The position numbers and the translations under genes were made by a program. 64,000 nt of DNA, taken from Eledone cirrhosa. Taxonomy: Eukaryota. Under the pieces are notes generated by a model that made no database searches, was not told the DNA's origin, and saw nothing but the letters and a program-made list of their open reading frames with translations. The stretch spans positions 377,394,001-377,458,000 of the forward strand of contig OZ024743.1 of assembly GCA_964016885.1 (NCBI GenBank), written 5' to 3'. This document shows, in pieces, positions 12,119-24,503 of this stretch. Position 1 is the first letter of the stretch, and the number at the start of each line of letters is the position of its first letter.

Positions 12119-13060
12119 ATGAGTAGGACCAAATTACCATTCCTAGATATAATGATAATCAAAAACGACACCACCATTACCACGGATATATATTATAAAC
12201 ACACAGACACCCATCAATATCTGAATTTTAAGTCGTGCCATCCACCTCATACAAAACGCAACATCCCATACTGCCTAGCCAGAAGAATTTGTACCATTGT
12301 AGAAGATACGAATACCAGGTACAAACGCCTAACAGAACTAAGAGAATTTTTACTCAAACAAAAATACCCATCTCTACTTATAGAAAATGGCATACAGCGG
12401 GCTATAAAAATACCTATACAACAACTTAGAACAACCCAAGGAAGAAGAAACCAAGAACTGGTCATACCATTTATAATGACACACAACCCATGTCACCAGA
12501 ATATATTCAACACTGCCAAAGCAAACCTACCGATCATTGCTCAAAGTAATGAATTAAAAGGCTTAATCACAGATCGATCTTTGACTCTTAGTAAAAGACA
12601 GCCAAAAAATTTGAAGCAATTGCTAACAAAAGCAAAGTTTGACCTTAACAACAAAGACCAATCATTCACTGTATCTAAATGCAATGATAATCGATGCGGC
12701 ACATGTCAATCCATACACGCCGGTCAATATATGAAAACAAAAACTGGAAAAATATTCCCAAATGCAAATATGAACTGCAAAAGCAGAAATCTAATTTACT
12801 GCATTAAATGCCCGAATTGTGAAGAACTATATGTCGGTCAAACTGGAAATGCACTATCGGAACGTGCACGGGTACATCGTCAACAAATCAGAGACCCAAA
12901 TGTCCGTCAGATACCCCTAAGCGGCCACCTGGCAACATGTGGTCAGGGAATATTTATAATATTCCCATTCTACAAATTACACAGCCCAAGTGAAATCAAG
13001 AGAAAAATCAAAGAAAAGAATTTTATTGATAAATTCAAACCCAAGCTAAATGAACAATAA
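12119..13060 (+). CDS. PLE RT C-terminus/thumb, Cys linker and GIY-YIG endonuclease (truncated)
   Basis: LPFLDI, IYYKHTDTHQYLNFKSCHP, CNDNRCGTC, NCKSRNLIYCIKCPNC..LYVGQT, R..KEK.FI....PKLN. Confidence 0.9.
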   Translation: MSRTKLPFLDIMIIKNDTTITTDIYYKHTDTHQYLNFKSCHPPHTKRNIPYCLARRICTIVEDTNTRYKRLTELREFLLKQKYPSLLIENGIQRAIKIPIQQLRTTQGRRNQELVIPFIMTHNPCHQNIFNTAKANLPIIAQSNELKGLITDRSLTLSKRQPKNLKQLLTKAKFDLNNKDQSFTVSKCNDNRCGTCQSIHAGQYMKTKTGKIFPNANMNCKSRNLIYCIKCPNCEELYVGQTGNALSERARVHRQQIRDPNVRQIPLSGHLATCGQGIFIIFPFYKLHSPSEIKRKIKEKNFIDKFKPKLNEQ

Positions 13061-13224
13061 TAACGCATAGGGGTATTACTTCTACTACCACTATGACCAC
13101 GACCACTAACAACAACAACAACAACAATAATAATAATAATAAAAGTGATGTTGATGGTGATGATTAATAGAAAATGCTATTTTCATCATTTCAAAAAGCA
13201 AAACAATTGATACGTTGGGTATGA

Positions 13225-13372
13225 CTATTGGTCGTTAGCATGCTCAACCAGCCGTGACGCTTAAACCAATCAGCTGTAGTAATTCAGTGAAACTACACAC
13301 TGATTGGTCGAAATACAGTTTACAGGGCTTTGCATTCTGGAGCCACTTTTCTCTGTATAAAATGTATAAAAG
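13225..13372 (+). promoter_or_regulatory. Putative pseudo-LTR promoter (CCAAT boxes plus TATA) upstream of the hammerhead
   Basis: attgg, ccaatcag and ctgattgg followed by gtataaaatgtataaaagg. Function is inferred. Confidence 0.4.
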
Positions 13373-13434
13373 GTAGTAAATTTACCCATCTCATTACAGT
13401 TGAAAATTGCAAACTCGACTGTCACCACATATCA

Positions 13435-13473
13435 TGAACCTGACGATTGCGAAAGCATGAAAGTACTTGTTCA
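13435..13473 (+). ncRNA. Minimal type I hammerhead ribozyme (CUU cleavage, palindromic stem III)
   Basis: tgaac-CTGACGA-t-tgc-gaaa-gca-t-GAAA-gtac-TT/gttca. Confidence 0.82.
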
Positions 13474-13644
13474 ATTAACACTTAGAATTTAATATTCTAT
13501 CATACTATTTCATTATAATACCATATTATATATATTTTAAAGGATTGTAAATAAAACGAGTAAATCAGACAAAGTTGGAATTCCTCTTATTAATATAATC
13601 TTCTATACACAATCATACACACCCGTGTATATTTACCTATCTAT

Positions 13645-13691
<47 letters not shown>

Positions 13692-13706
13692 AACATATAT
13701 ATACAC

Positions 13707-13745
<39 letters not shown>

Positions 13746-13758
13746 CATATATGGATAT

Positions 13759-13837
<79 letters not shown>

Positions 13838-13839
<2 letters not shown>

Positions 13840-14879
13840 GCCTGATGAAGATCTTACAGGCTTATGGAATCCCCAAGAAGATAGTGGACCTGATATCACT
13901 GCTCTACACCAACACCAAACCCCAAGTCATTACACCTGATGGGATGACAGAGTTCTTTGAGATACTGGCTGGAGTGCTCCAGGGAGATACATTGGCTCCC
14001 TACCTTTTTATCATCGTAGTGGACTGTTGTATGCGCCTTGCACTGGAGAAACACCAGGACTCTGGCTTTACTGTAGCACCGGCTCAGAGCAGGAGAGTTA
14101 GGGTGAAAAAGGTATCGGATACTGAATTTGCCGACGACATAGTTTTGGTGACAAATACAGTGAATGAGGCAGAGGATTTGATGCGGGAGGTTGAGACTGT
14201 GTCGATGAGTGTGGGGCTGAGAATGAATGAGACTAAAACAAAATATCTGGTAGTGAATGTTGAGAAGCCAGAGGGGATCACTAATGTAGGCGGGAAGCCG
14301 CTAGAATTGGTTGAGGGCTTCCTGTATTTGGGAGCAAAGATTGGGAATACGGAGGATGATGTGGTTGAGAGGAAGAGCAAGGCCTGGACGGCGAGCCACA
14401 GCTTGAGATCGGTGTGGAAGTCAGACGTAGAGACCTGAAAATCCGCCACTTCATTGCTGTAGTGGAGTCTGTGCTGCTGTATGGGTCTGAGACTTGGACA
14501 CTGACCAAGAAACTCACTCAGATGGTGGATGGGTGTTACACGAGAATGCTGAGGATGGCTCTGAACATTGATCAGTATACACTGAGGATGAAAAACTCAG
14601 AGCTGTATGGGATCATCCCAAAAGTCAGCTCAAAAGTGACACAGAGGAGACTGAGGGTAGCTGGACATGCTCACCGACATCCAGAGTTGACATTGCACTT
14701 AGTGCTCCTTTGGGAGCCCCTACATGGACACACCAGAAGAGGAAGACCAAGGTTAACGTATGTTGATGCCCTAAGGACAGACACTGGTCTGTTGGAGACG
14801 CAGGACATGGCAGCGATAATGAGGGACAGAGACCGCTGGAGAGAAATCGTCCATGGATCTCGGGAATTTTACCCGCATT

Positions 14880-14881
<2 letters not shown>
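13838..14881 (+). mobile_element. 5'-truncated second copy of the RTE LINE, frameshifted near 14426
   Basis: Highly similar to 8835-9878; 4-bp deletion (tcggaccttcgtag versus tcagacgtag); inserted in (TA)n. Confidence 0.9.
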
Positions 14882-14916
<35 letters not shown>

Positions 14917-15008
14917 TATTTTTAATTTCATTCGCACCGTTTCCTTTCGCTATATGTCTCTCCACCACTCCCCTACACACCCTTTTAACTCTGTTCCCAC
15001 ACACTTCT

Positions 15009-15042
15009 CACCTGAGGAAGGGCTTATGCCCGAAACGTCGTT
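15009..15042 (+). ncRNA. Minimal hammerhead core with weak stem I, in a short unit (about 14910-15130) between (TA)n runs
   Basis: CTGAGGA-a-gggc-ttat-gccc-GAAA-cg-TC. Confidence 0.6.
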
Positions 15043-15129
15043 CCCCACCACCACCACACTCTCCAGAGCGTGAAATTAATAAACATTCGTTGTACTGCCT
15101 CTCTGTTTTGTTCCTGTTCAAATTTTTCC

Positions 15130-15225
<96 letters not shown>

Positions 15226-15320
15226 TGGATATATATATATATATAGTGGTTGAAGGCTGAGAGAAAAGAGTACCCAATAGCGAAATAGAGAAACTCCAGA
15301 GTATATATATATATATATAT

Positions 15321-15594
15321 ATTAAAGAGTTAAACAATATTCAATGATTACACCAAAGAATGAGTTTTACAGTAGATTGGTAGCACGCTACAAGATAATA
15401 ATTTTCCAGAGTTATTAATATTAAAATACAAATATTAATAAAATATTACCTTGATTAAATCTTAACCATTTAACATCTCAGGGTATGTCATGTATCATTA
15501 TATTTTGTCTGATGAGGACGTACTGTTGTACCTCTGAAATATGTATAATAAAATTTAATTGATCAAAAGAACATCTATTTTATTAATATTTGTA

Positions 15595-15602
<8 letters not shown>
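15321..15602 (+). mobile_element. Non-coding hammerhead-bearing PLE-like mini-element (rearranged copy with inverted tail); ribozyme at 15502-15554
   Basis: Homologous to 37395-37545 (+) and 57913-58170 (-); attttgt-CTGATGA-ggacgtac-tgtt-gtacctct-GAAA-tatgta-TA/ataaaat. Confidence 0.78.
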
Positions 15603-15656
<54 letters not shown>

Positions 15657-15692
15657 AAAGTTCTATTTAAATTGTTGGGATACAACAAGCAA

Positions 15693-15747
<55 letters not shown>

Positions 15748-16207
15748 GCAGAAATGTTTGCTAGAAGCACAACCAAAAACACTCGGTAAATACAAACATG
15801 TTATTTTGCTTGCAAAAGTTTTGGCTTATTTGTACATTTCTCTTATCGAATGTATACCACGTGTGCACCGTTAATTAATTATAAGCACTATTTAAGCAAA
15901 TCGTATATACCGGTTTAGTGAAGTCTTTATTAGTAGTGATTACTGTATATGACTTGGTATAAGGTTTCCATAAAATACGCCTGTCACTTTTAAACATAAG
16001 ATCTGAGTTTAGGTTACTGGAAAATGGTGGTTCATGTACGACAGTGTCTGTACATGAACTGCAAGCATCTCTCTTACATAAATGGTATTTCCCAGAGTTG
16101 TTAGCACATTTTCTAACATAGTGGTGATAGGTAGAGAGAGGAGGGGACAAATAGATAGATAGACAGACAGACACACAGACAGACAGACAGAAAGACAGAG
16201 AGATAGA

Positions 16208-16304
16208 TATATTTCTTTATTTGCCACAGGGTCCTACAAAAAATGGGATATTACAAGACGTGACGGCGGAGTTTTTACATAAAAATCATATAACTTTAAC
16301 ATTA
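16208..16304 (-). mobile_element. ~95-bp 3' tail of a Tx1-like element between GATA/GACA runs
   Basis: Element strand ends ...ccctgtggcaaataaagaaat followed by (TATC)n, like the neighbouring Tx1 ends. Confidence 0.65.
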
Positions 16305-16342
16305 ATAGATAGATAAATAGATAAATAGATAGATAGATAGAT

Positions 16343-17571
16343 ATATTTCTTTATTAGCCACAAGGGCGCACAAGAAAAGGGGACAATACAAAGACACACG
16401 CCGGGGATTTTACATACAGTCGTGTAAAAAATATAAAAACAAACAATTACAACAATCGAAATCCCAATAAGGGGGAAGCGCCACAAATGGGTTGTTTAAT
16501 ACCCCGTCGATAGAACAACCCTCAACTCAAGGAGCGTGTTGTGCAAGTGCTCCTTTCTTCCTTTTGCTCTCTTCTTCAACCTACAGGCTTATAAACAGAG
16601 AAGGCCCAATCACTCGGGCCATTTTCGCTTCATTCACCCACCTTTCAGTAAATGTACTGGGGTGCAGTGCCTCTCTCTCCACTCTGATTCTCCTTCTAAA
16701 GTGACACTTAAAGAAGGGAATCAATTGTTGTCCGGAGAGAAAGGCATCTGTCCTCAGTCCTCTCAATCTCGTCCACCATATAACTTCTTTCACCATAGAC
16801 ACTGTACAGAGGAAAACCGCCTCTCTTTCGTTTTTGAAAGAGTCTGGCGGTTTGATCCTTACTATGGACTCGGCAGTCAACTGGATTTGTCCCATACGCG
16901 ACAGCAGTTGTTCTGCATAGTTCCACAGGTCCGTTACGCCCGGGCAGTGTACAATTGCGTGCAGGACTGTTTCAATGTCCTGCGCGCATCTTGGACACGT
17001 CCTCTTGGAAGGATCCCTGCCGGGGCGTCCGTCTCTGTAGATCTTGTCACGAACCGGTAGAGCTCCTCGGTAGCACTGCCAGGCCAGGGACCTCTGGAAG
17101 TTGTCCATAGGTCCCGGGCGGAAAGTCCTACCAAACAGACTGGTGAGCTCATCGTCTTCGACGCCCAGAGTCTCTCCGAGCACGTGGTCGCCCTTGTAAC
17201 GTACAATCCCTCTATAGAATGTCGAAGTGGAGTCTCCACTGATTGCTGCGCCCGCTTGCCAGAGGACTGTGAGCACCTGAGCGCATTCAATATGCCAGGC
17301 GCCCATCGTTTTCGGTCTTTTCTTCACCCAGGACTGCAGCTTCGTCAGCGAGACGAGCTGTGTGAAAGCCTGTCTCACAAACGGTGCCCACACCGGTTGG
17401 GGGTCGGTGAGGAATACCTGGAGATGCCGCAGCCTCAGCGCATGTTTGCGCATCATCAGCCACGGCATTCCCAGCCCTCCGTTGGAAGGGTGCTGACAGC
17501 AGACGGATCTCCTCACCAGCGGAGCCTGCTTCTTCCACAGAAACTGGAAGAGCATGCGTTCCATCTTGGCG

Positions 17572-17577
<6 letters not shown>
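16343..17577 (-). mobile_element. 5'-truncated Tx1 (L1 clade) copy, subfamily A; ORF2 C-terminus with zf-RVT CCHC
   Basis: FLWK..PLVRR...GGLG, CPRCAQDIETVLHAIVHC; (GATA)n on both sides. Confidence 0.88.
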
Positions 17578-17637
<60 letters not shown>

Positions 17638-17639
<2 letters not shown>

Positions 17640-18245
17640 TTCTTTATTAGCCACAAGGGCGCAACAAGAAAGGGGACAATACAAAGACATGCCGGGGATT
17701 TTACATACAGTCGTGTAAAAAATATAAAAACAAACAATTTCAACAATCGAAATCCCCAATAGGGGGGAGGCGCCACAAATGGGTTGTTTAATACCCCGTC
17801 GATAGAACAACCCTCAACTCAAGGAGCGTGTTGTGCAAGTGCTCCTTTCTTCCTTTTGCTCTCTTCCTCAACCTACAGGCTTATAAACAGAGAAGGCCCA
17901 ATCACTCGGGCCATTTTCGCTTCATTCACCCACCTTTCAGTAAATTTACTGGGGTGCAGTGCCTCTCTCTCCACCCTGATTCTCCTTCTAAAGTGATACT
18001 TAAAGAATGGAATCAATTGTTGTCCGGAGAGAAAGGCATCTGTCCTCAGTCCTCTCAATCTCGTCCACCATATAACTTCTTTCACCATAGCCACCGTACA
18101 GAGGAAAACCGCCTCTCTTTCGTTTTTGAAAGAGTCTGGCGGTTTGATCCTTACTATGGACTCGGCAGTCAACTGTATTTGTCCCATACGCGACAGCAGT
18201 TGTTCTGCATAGTTCCACAGGTCGCTTACGCCCGGGCAGTGTACA

Positions 18246-18247
<2 letters not shown>
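17638..18247 (-). mobile_element. Shorter 5'-truncated Tx1 subfamily A copy
   Basis: Near-identical to 16343-16955; (GATA)n on both sides. Confidence 0.88.
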
Positions 18248-18281
<34 letters not shown>

Positions 18282-18520
18282 CTTTCTATTTATTTGCCAC
18301 TAGGACATCAAAGATTGGGACAAATACAAGGGGGGGGTTACATACATTTCAAAGGACGTGTAAAAACATATAACAAATAAAATTCAACAATCGAAGTCCT
18401 CAATAGGGAGGGGGATTTGACGTGGGTCGCACACACCCCCGAAAGAAATGTGCAACCCTCCTCCTCAGGAGCACAAAGAGCGGGTGCACCCTTCCTCTCC
18501 TCTTTCTTCTCCTCTCTCAC

Positions 18521-21500
18521 CTACAGATAGAGAGAGAAGGCCCATTCACTCGGGCCATTCTTGCCACTTTCACCCACCTTTCATAATACTTGCTGGGGTA
18601 GAGCACCTCTCTCTCCATTCTGATTCTTCTTCTAATATGGTACTTGAAAAAAAAGGACCAGTTGTTGGCCGGAGAGATAGGTGTCTGACCTCAGCCCTTT
18701 CAACCTCGTCCACCATACAACCTCTTTCGCCATAGCTATAACACAGAGGAAAACCGCCTCTCCTTCGTTTTTGAAGGGGGGAGGCGGTTTGATCGTGACG
18801 ATTGCGTGCGCGACGGTTTCCTCGTCACGCACGCATCTCGGACAGATCTTCTTCGAGGGTCCCTACCCGGGCCCCCGTGTCTGTAGAGCTTGTCCCGAAC
18901 GGGTAGAACTCCTCGGTAGCACTGCCAAGCCATGAACTTTTGGAAGTTGTCCATCGGTCTGGCACATTCAATATGCTAGTGGCCCACTTTTCTCGATCTT
19001 TGCTTGACCCAGGATTGCAACTCGGTGAGTGAGACGAGTCTCGGAAAGGCTCGGCTCACAAAAGGGGCCCACACCGGCTAACCGATGAGGAGTACCTGGA
19101 GGTGCCGTAGCCTTAATGCGTGTCTACGCATCGTCATCCACGGAATCTCCAGCCCTCCGTTCGAAGGGTGTTGACAGCAGATGGGTCTTCTCACCAAAGG
19201 GCCCCGCTTCTTCCAAAGGAATCGGGAGAGCGCGAGCTCCATTTTGGCAAGCGTTTTCGCTGGGCAAGGCACGACGGTCAAGCGGTAGTAGATGACGGAC
19301 GCTATATAAGTGTTCACCACCTCCGCTCGATCTTTCGGGGATAGTTTGCACTCGACCCACTTCTGGCCGTTACCTCGTCCCAGTTTTTCTCCACCTGGAG
19401 GACCAGTCCGAACCAGAGCCCGAGCAGCTTCACCGGTCCCTCCGTCCAGCTTCCGACGACGCTGTCGGAGGCCATCGTTTTGCCTCTCCACGTTCCGAGT
19501 TGCAAACCGACGGACTTGTCCCGGTTCAGCTTGGCTCCTGTAAACCTTTCGTATTCCTCCAGTAAGGTGCCGACTTGCCCGATTTCCGAGGCGTATGACA
19601 CCATTACTGTCACGACACCATTACTGTCACGACACCATTACTGTCACGACACTATTACTGTCACGACACTATTACTGTCACGACACCATTACTGTCACGA
19701 CACCATTACTGTCACGACACCATTACTGTCACGACACTATTACTGTCACGACACCATTACTGTCACGACACCATTACTGTCACGACACCATTACTGTCAC
19801 GACACCATTACTGTCACGACACTATTACTGTCACGACACTATTACTGTCACGACACCATTACTGTCACGACACTATTACTGTCACGACACTATTACTGTC
19901 ACGACACTATTACTGTCACGACACCATTACTGTCACGACACCATTACTGTCACGACACTATTACTGTCACGACACTATTACTGTCACGACACTATTACTG
20001 TCACGACACCATTACTGTCACGACACCATTACTGTCACGACACCATTACTGTCACGACACCATTACTGTCACGACACTATTACTGTCACGACACTATTAC
20101 TGTCACGACACCATTACTGTCACGACACTATTACTGTCACGACACTATTACTGTCACGACACTATTACTGTCACGACACCATTACTGTCACGACACTATT
20201 ACTGTCACGACACCATTACTGTCACGACACCATTACTGTCACGACACCATTACTGTCACGACACCATTACTGTCACGACACTATTACTGTCACGACACTA
20301 TTACTGTCACGACACTATTACTGTCACGACACTATTACTGTCACGACACTATTACTGTCACGACACTATTACTGTCACGACACCATTACTGTCACGACAT
20401 CGGCGTAGGCTGACACCGCTTTCCGCAATCCCGGTTCCAATGGGATGCCCTGCAACAGTTCCAACTTCCGCAGTAGTGGCTCGAGAGCCAGCACATACAG
20501 AAGGGAGGAGAGAGGGCATCTTGTCGGATGGATCGCGCAATTTGGAACGGCTCCGAGAGGTAGCCGTTCACCTTGACCCTCGAGCAGGTGTTGCTGCTGT
20601 GCATTGCAACAATCCAGCCCCTGAAAACGGGTCCGAAGCCTGCCGCCACGAGCACCGCATCCAGGTACCTATGGTCGACCCTATCGAGCGCCTTAGATTG
20701 ATCCAAGTTGATCAGGGCCCCACCAAAGCCGGGTTCGTTCCCTACCCTCTCTACCATGTATCGCATGAGGTGGAGGTTGTCGTGTATGGACCTGGACGGG
20801 ATTGCGTACGTCTGCGCTTCTCTCACCAGGTTCCCGACGACAAACGCCAACCTCTTCGCTAACACCTTGGCCAAAATCTTTAACTCTGTGTTTAGCAGAG
20901 TTATGGGCCTGAAGTTATCTATGTCATCCCCCTTGTTCTCGTCCTTCCTCACCAGCGTGACTACGCCCTTGGTCACAGAACTGGGAATTCTCCTGTTCTG
21001 TTGCCAGTTGCAGTAGACCGCCTCGAGGAGATTGGAGAACAAGTCCGGCATCGCTACATAAAGTTCGTATGGTAGACCATCGAGACCGGGAGATTTGCGT
21101 TTGCGGAATAGGCTCAACGCTTCCCCTATTTCAGCGGCTGAAATCGGCCTTTCGCAGGACTTCGCCTCCCCGTTCCAGAGCCGCGACAGACCGTCGAGGT
21201 ATGGACCGAAATCCATGGCCTCACCCGGCCCTCCTCCCCTCCAGAACATTCGTGCAAAGCGCCGTTGAAAGGCCGCGCACATCCGCTCAGGTTCAAGGAT
21301 CACGCGTCCATCCTTCAAAGACCGAATCGTGGACTTGTTTCCACTTTTTGCCTCTCTCACTCGGGCCCAGCTAACAGCTTTGGCTCCCTCGTTACCCAGA
21401 GCACGTATTTTACTCCTGACAACACAGCCCTCGTGCTTCGTGTCAAAGAAATGGTCTAGGGCCGTTCTTGACGCCAGCACACCGGCCACGTTGCCACTCC

Positions 21501-22447
21501 TAATCGCCTCTTCTACTCTATTTGTTAATTCCCTTTCAGTTATATTCCTATCTGATGCTAATTCCCGACTAAAACCTACGATTCTATTCTAATTTCTCTC
21601 TTGAGAGAGCACCACCGCCTGCTGTTGACAATTGCCCCCGTCAACCGCTGCTTAACTAGAGTGCTAATCCGCTTACTGTAAGCCTTGTTTGTCGGTAAGG
21701 ACAAGTTTAGCTTCCAGTAACCGGGTCCTTGTGCATGGGTTCTATCAAGGTTGACCACTCCGGTCACCAACTTGTGATCTGAATAGTCAACCATGAACAT
21801 TCGTGGACAGCTTAATATGTCCCTATCCTTATTTCTAACTAGGAACCTATCTAGGTACAACCTAGATGTTCCGCTAAGATTAGTCCACGTCCACAGTGGC
21901 ACAGTCGGAAAATCTAGTCGATATCTATCGGCCAGATCAAATCGGCCGATTAACCGCTTGAGGCTGTTACACCCCCATCTATCGGGACATACCCCTACAT
22001 AGTCCCAACGTGCATCCAGGATACCATTCCAGTCCCCCACTAAAAGCAAGGAGCGAGACGTTCCCAGAAGAGTCTCTAGGCGTTGGAAGAAGTCCGGTCG
22101 CGGTGTCCCAGATGGGGCATACGCTGCCACCAGCCTGAAGGCTCCACCTTCACTACTGCCTACGTCTAGCACCACCAGTCGACCCTCCGGGTCCAGGTGT
22201 ACCTTCTGTGTTGCGAGGCCCAGGTGTTTTCGCAGCAGAACGACCACCCCGCCTCCACCCCCCGACTTACAGAGAGATGCATAGATCTCAAAGTCGTCGA
22301 AGATGGGGGCCAGTTGGTGCTAGCTGCTGACTCGTAAATAGCTATCACATCCATTCTATGCGACCTGAGGTCATTTAAGAGTTTGCCCTGCTTCCAGGAC
22401 ATCCCCAGGCCGCGCATATTTAAACATCCAACTCTTATAACAGCCAT
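18521..22447 (-). pseudogene. Tx1 ORF2 (APE-RT-CCHC), fragmented
   Basis: MAVIRVGCLNMRGL, GDWN, LDR, SDH, GPGYWKLN, KSPGLDGLPYELY, NFRPITLLN, LDQSKALDRVDH. Confidence 0.9.
19597..20399. repeat. 17-bp minisatellite, 47 units, two variants (GACACC/GACACT-ATTACTGTCAC)
   Basis: First unit starts at 19597 and the final partial unit at 20396, so 799/17 = 47. The corresponding site is single-copy in the plus-strand Tx1 (about 32265-32281). Confidence 0.95.
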
Positions 22448-22490
22448 GTTGGTGGTGAAGGGTTTAGAGTGGAGAAAAAGGAAAAGAGAC

Positions 22491-24177
22491 CTACCTGTCC
22501 TTCTCCTGGGGACCAGGCTGGACAATTTCCATGGGGGTGTCGGCGGGGTTGTTTGGTGGGGGGGTGTTTGGGATGTGGTGGGGACAGTGGTGGGGTGGGG
22601 GTGTTTGGTGGGGAGGTGTGTCTGGGGTGGGGGTGGGGAAACATTTCAAGAGGTCGCGGTTGCTAGATCTAGTACAGGGGTTCCCCACGTCTTCGGGAAA
22701 GTTCTGTTTGAGCATTGCGTAGGTGTCCCTTGGGACCCTAATCATTTTTAAATGCGGTTTAGTCGCCGCGTTGGTGAACATTTTCCCTTCGGTTTCCACC
22801 GAAGGTCTTTGTCTATTGTTTGCACAAGTGTTTTGTTGTTTGTGTTGATGTATGTATACTGTTTTTGTTGTGCTGTGTTTGTTTTTGTTTGTTGTTCTTG
22901 TGTTTGTTGCATTTTTGTTAATGTGGTGCCTTCTTTTCTTTCTTTTTACAGGTTCAAAGGGTTCTCCCTCGTCGTCACTGGGTGACGTTGATAAGGGGTC
23001 CTCGTCCGTGTTGTTGGGGAGGGGTATATTTGGGGGTTTTGTTGTGGTTGCTTTTGTATTTGTTTTAGGTGGGGAGGGGTTGGGTGGGACAATGTCTTGT
23101 GTTGTTATTTTTTCGTGTTGTTGTGGGGGTGGGGTGGTGGTGGTGATTGTGTTGTTGTGTGTCGGGTGGGCAGAAGCGTCTTTTTTTTTTGGGGGGGGGG
23201 GCATTTAAAAGGGGACAGGAAGCCCTCAGGTGACCACTTCTTGAACAGTGGTAGCATGAAGGCCGCCTGCACTCAACAGAAATGTTTATGAAGGCGACTC
23301 CATCCAAGGACACACGCTGCGGTATTCTTGCTATCCGTTCTGGTCTCATTTGGACCAGAACTTCAAGGCTATTTCTGCCGAATACGCCCCCAGTGGATTC
23401 GCCTATCGAAAGGATTGTGTCCTCATCTTCTAAGAATCCAGTTAGCACCCACCAAATGTTCGCATTTGGCCTGATGCCTGAGATTCTTATCTTTTGAGTT
23501 CTTTTCCCCAAATATGTGGGGGAAAAGGTGTATGCTTTGGATACAATTGGCGACACAGAATATTTCCGTGCCGCCAATTCATCTTGCATTAAAACAGATA
23601 TGCTTCCATACAGTTTCCCTTTCTGTATGAAAGCGATATCCTTCCAGGCACTACTTAGGACCAACTCAATTTCGCTTTGGGACAATTGAGCCGGTTTCCT
23701 AGTCGCGTTCGAAACTGTCCTAAAAATTACGGTTCTGAGGACTGTGTCCCTTCTAATTTCTTCAGGGGAGGTAATTGTGAATTCCCCACCTTCCCCGAAA
23801 GTTACACAATTCCTTGCTTCTTTCAGCAATTTCTTGGCATTCGAGATGTCCAGTGCCTTGTATGTCTGCGTTTCTCGAACTGCCTGTGAGAAGGAGGCTG
23901 CAGCTGTGGGTCCGTTTTCTTTCGTGTTGTTATCATTGTTTTTGTTGTTATTCGTGTTGGTTTGCTTTTTTCCTTTGTTGTCATTGTTGCTGTTGTTGGT
24001 TGTGTTGTTATTGTCATTGTTGCTGTTGTTGGTTGTGTTATTGTTACTTTTGGGGTTTTCACCCATTTCCACAATTTTTTCTTTTGATTCCGTGGTGTCT
24101 TTTGCGGGAGTGAGGAGGGAAGGCTTGCAGCGTTGTGTTGCTACCTTCTCTCTATCACTTTCCTTGGGAGGGGGCAT
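22491..24177 (-). pseudogene. Tx1 ORF1 (gag-like, CCHC knuckle), frameshifted at the homopolymer runs 23181-23200
   Basis: CYHCSRSGHLRASC; continues in the 22491-23204 frame with KRKKRR and a Pro/Thr-rich tail. Confidence 0.8.
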
Positions 24178-24403
24178 GCGTCGTATTAATGGCGTCCATT
24201 TTCACTAAACGACTTTTTATCGACAACTTATAACTATTAAATTTCGCCCCAAAAAGGGGCGAAATTTATTTTACCCAACGTCTGCAGGCCCAGGCGAGGG
24301 GTTAAACACAACAAATAACAAGTAGCTTAAACAGGCCTACCGCTTCTCGTAATGAATTGCGACAAAATGCAGGGGCGAAACAAAAACATATCTATCTTCT
24401 TCG

Positions 24404-24468
<65 letters not shown>

Positions 24469-24503
24469 TATTATATATAGGCTATACGTGTGTGTGTATA
24501 CAT

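Larger units (their letters stand above)
12008..13600 (+). mobile_element. 5'-truncated Penelope-like element (Neptune type) with an inverted copy of its 3' tail at the 5' end, inside (TA)n
   Basis: 12008-12059 is the reverse complement of 13543-13594 (1 mismatch); RT thumb and GIY-YIG ORF; hammerhead in the 3' region. Confidence 0.88.
18281..24404 (-). mobile_element. Full-span but defective Tx1 (L1 clade) element, subfamily B, flanked by (GATA)n
   Basis: ORF1 24177-22491; ORF2 22447-18521 with frameshifts, small internal deletions and a minisatellite; (GATA)n at 18247-18280 and 24405-24467. Confidence 0.9.

Noticed and set aside
13842-13875. CTGATGA at the start of RTE copy 2
   Set aside because: Part of the RT coding sequence (LMKIL); no ribozyme fold
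19480-20862. 460-aa and 272-aa repetitive ORFs; the array looks superficially CRISPR-like
   Set aside because: Antisense read-through of a 17-bp tandem repeat with no unique spacers and no cas genes, in eukaryotic context
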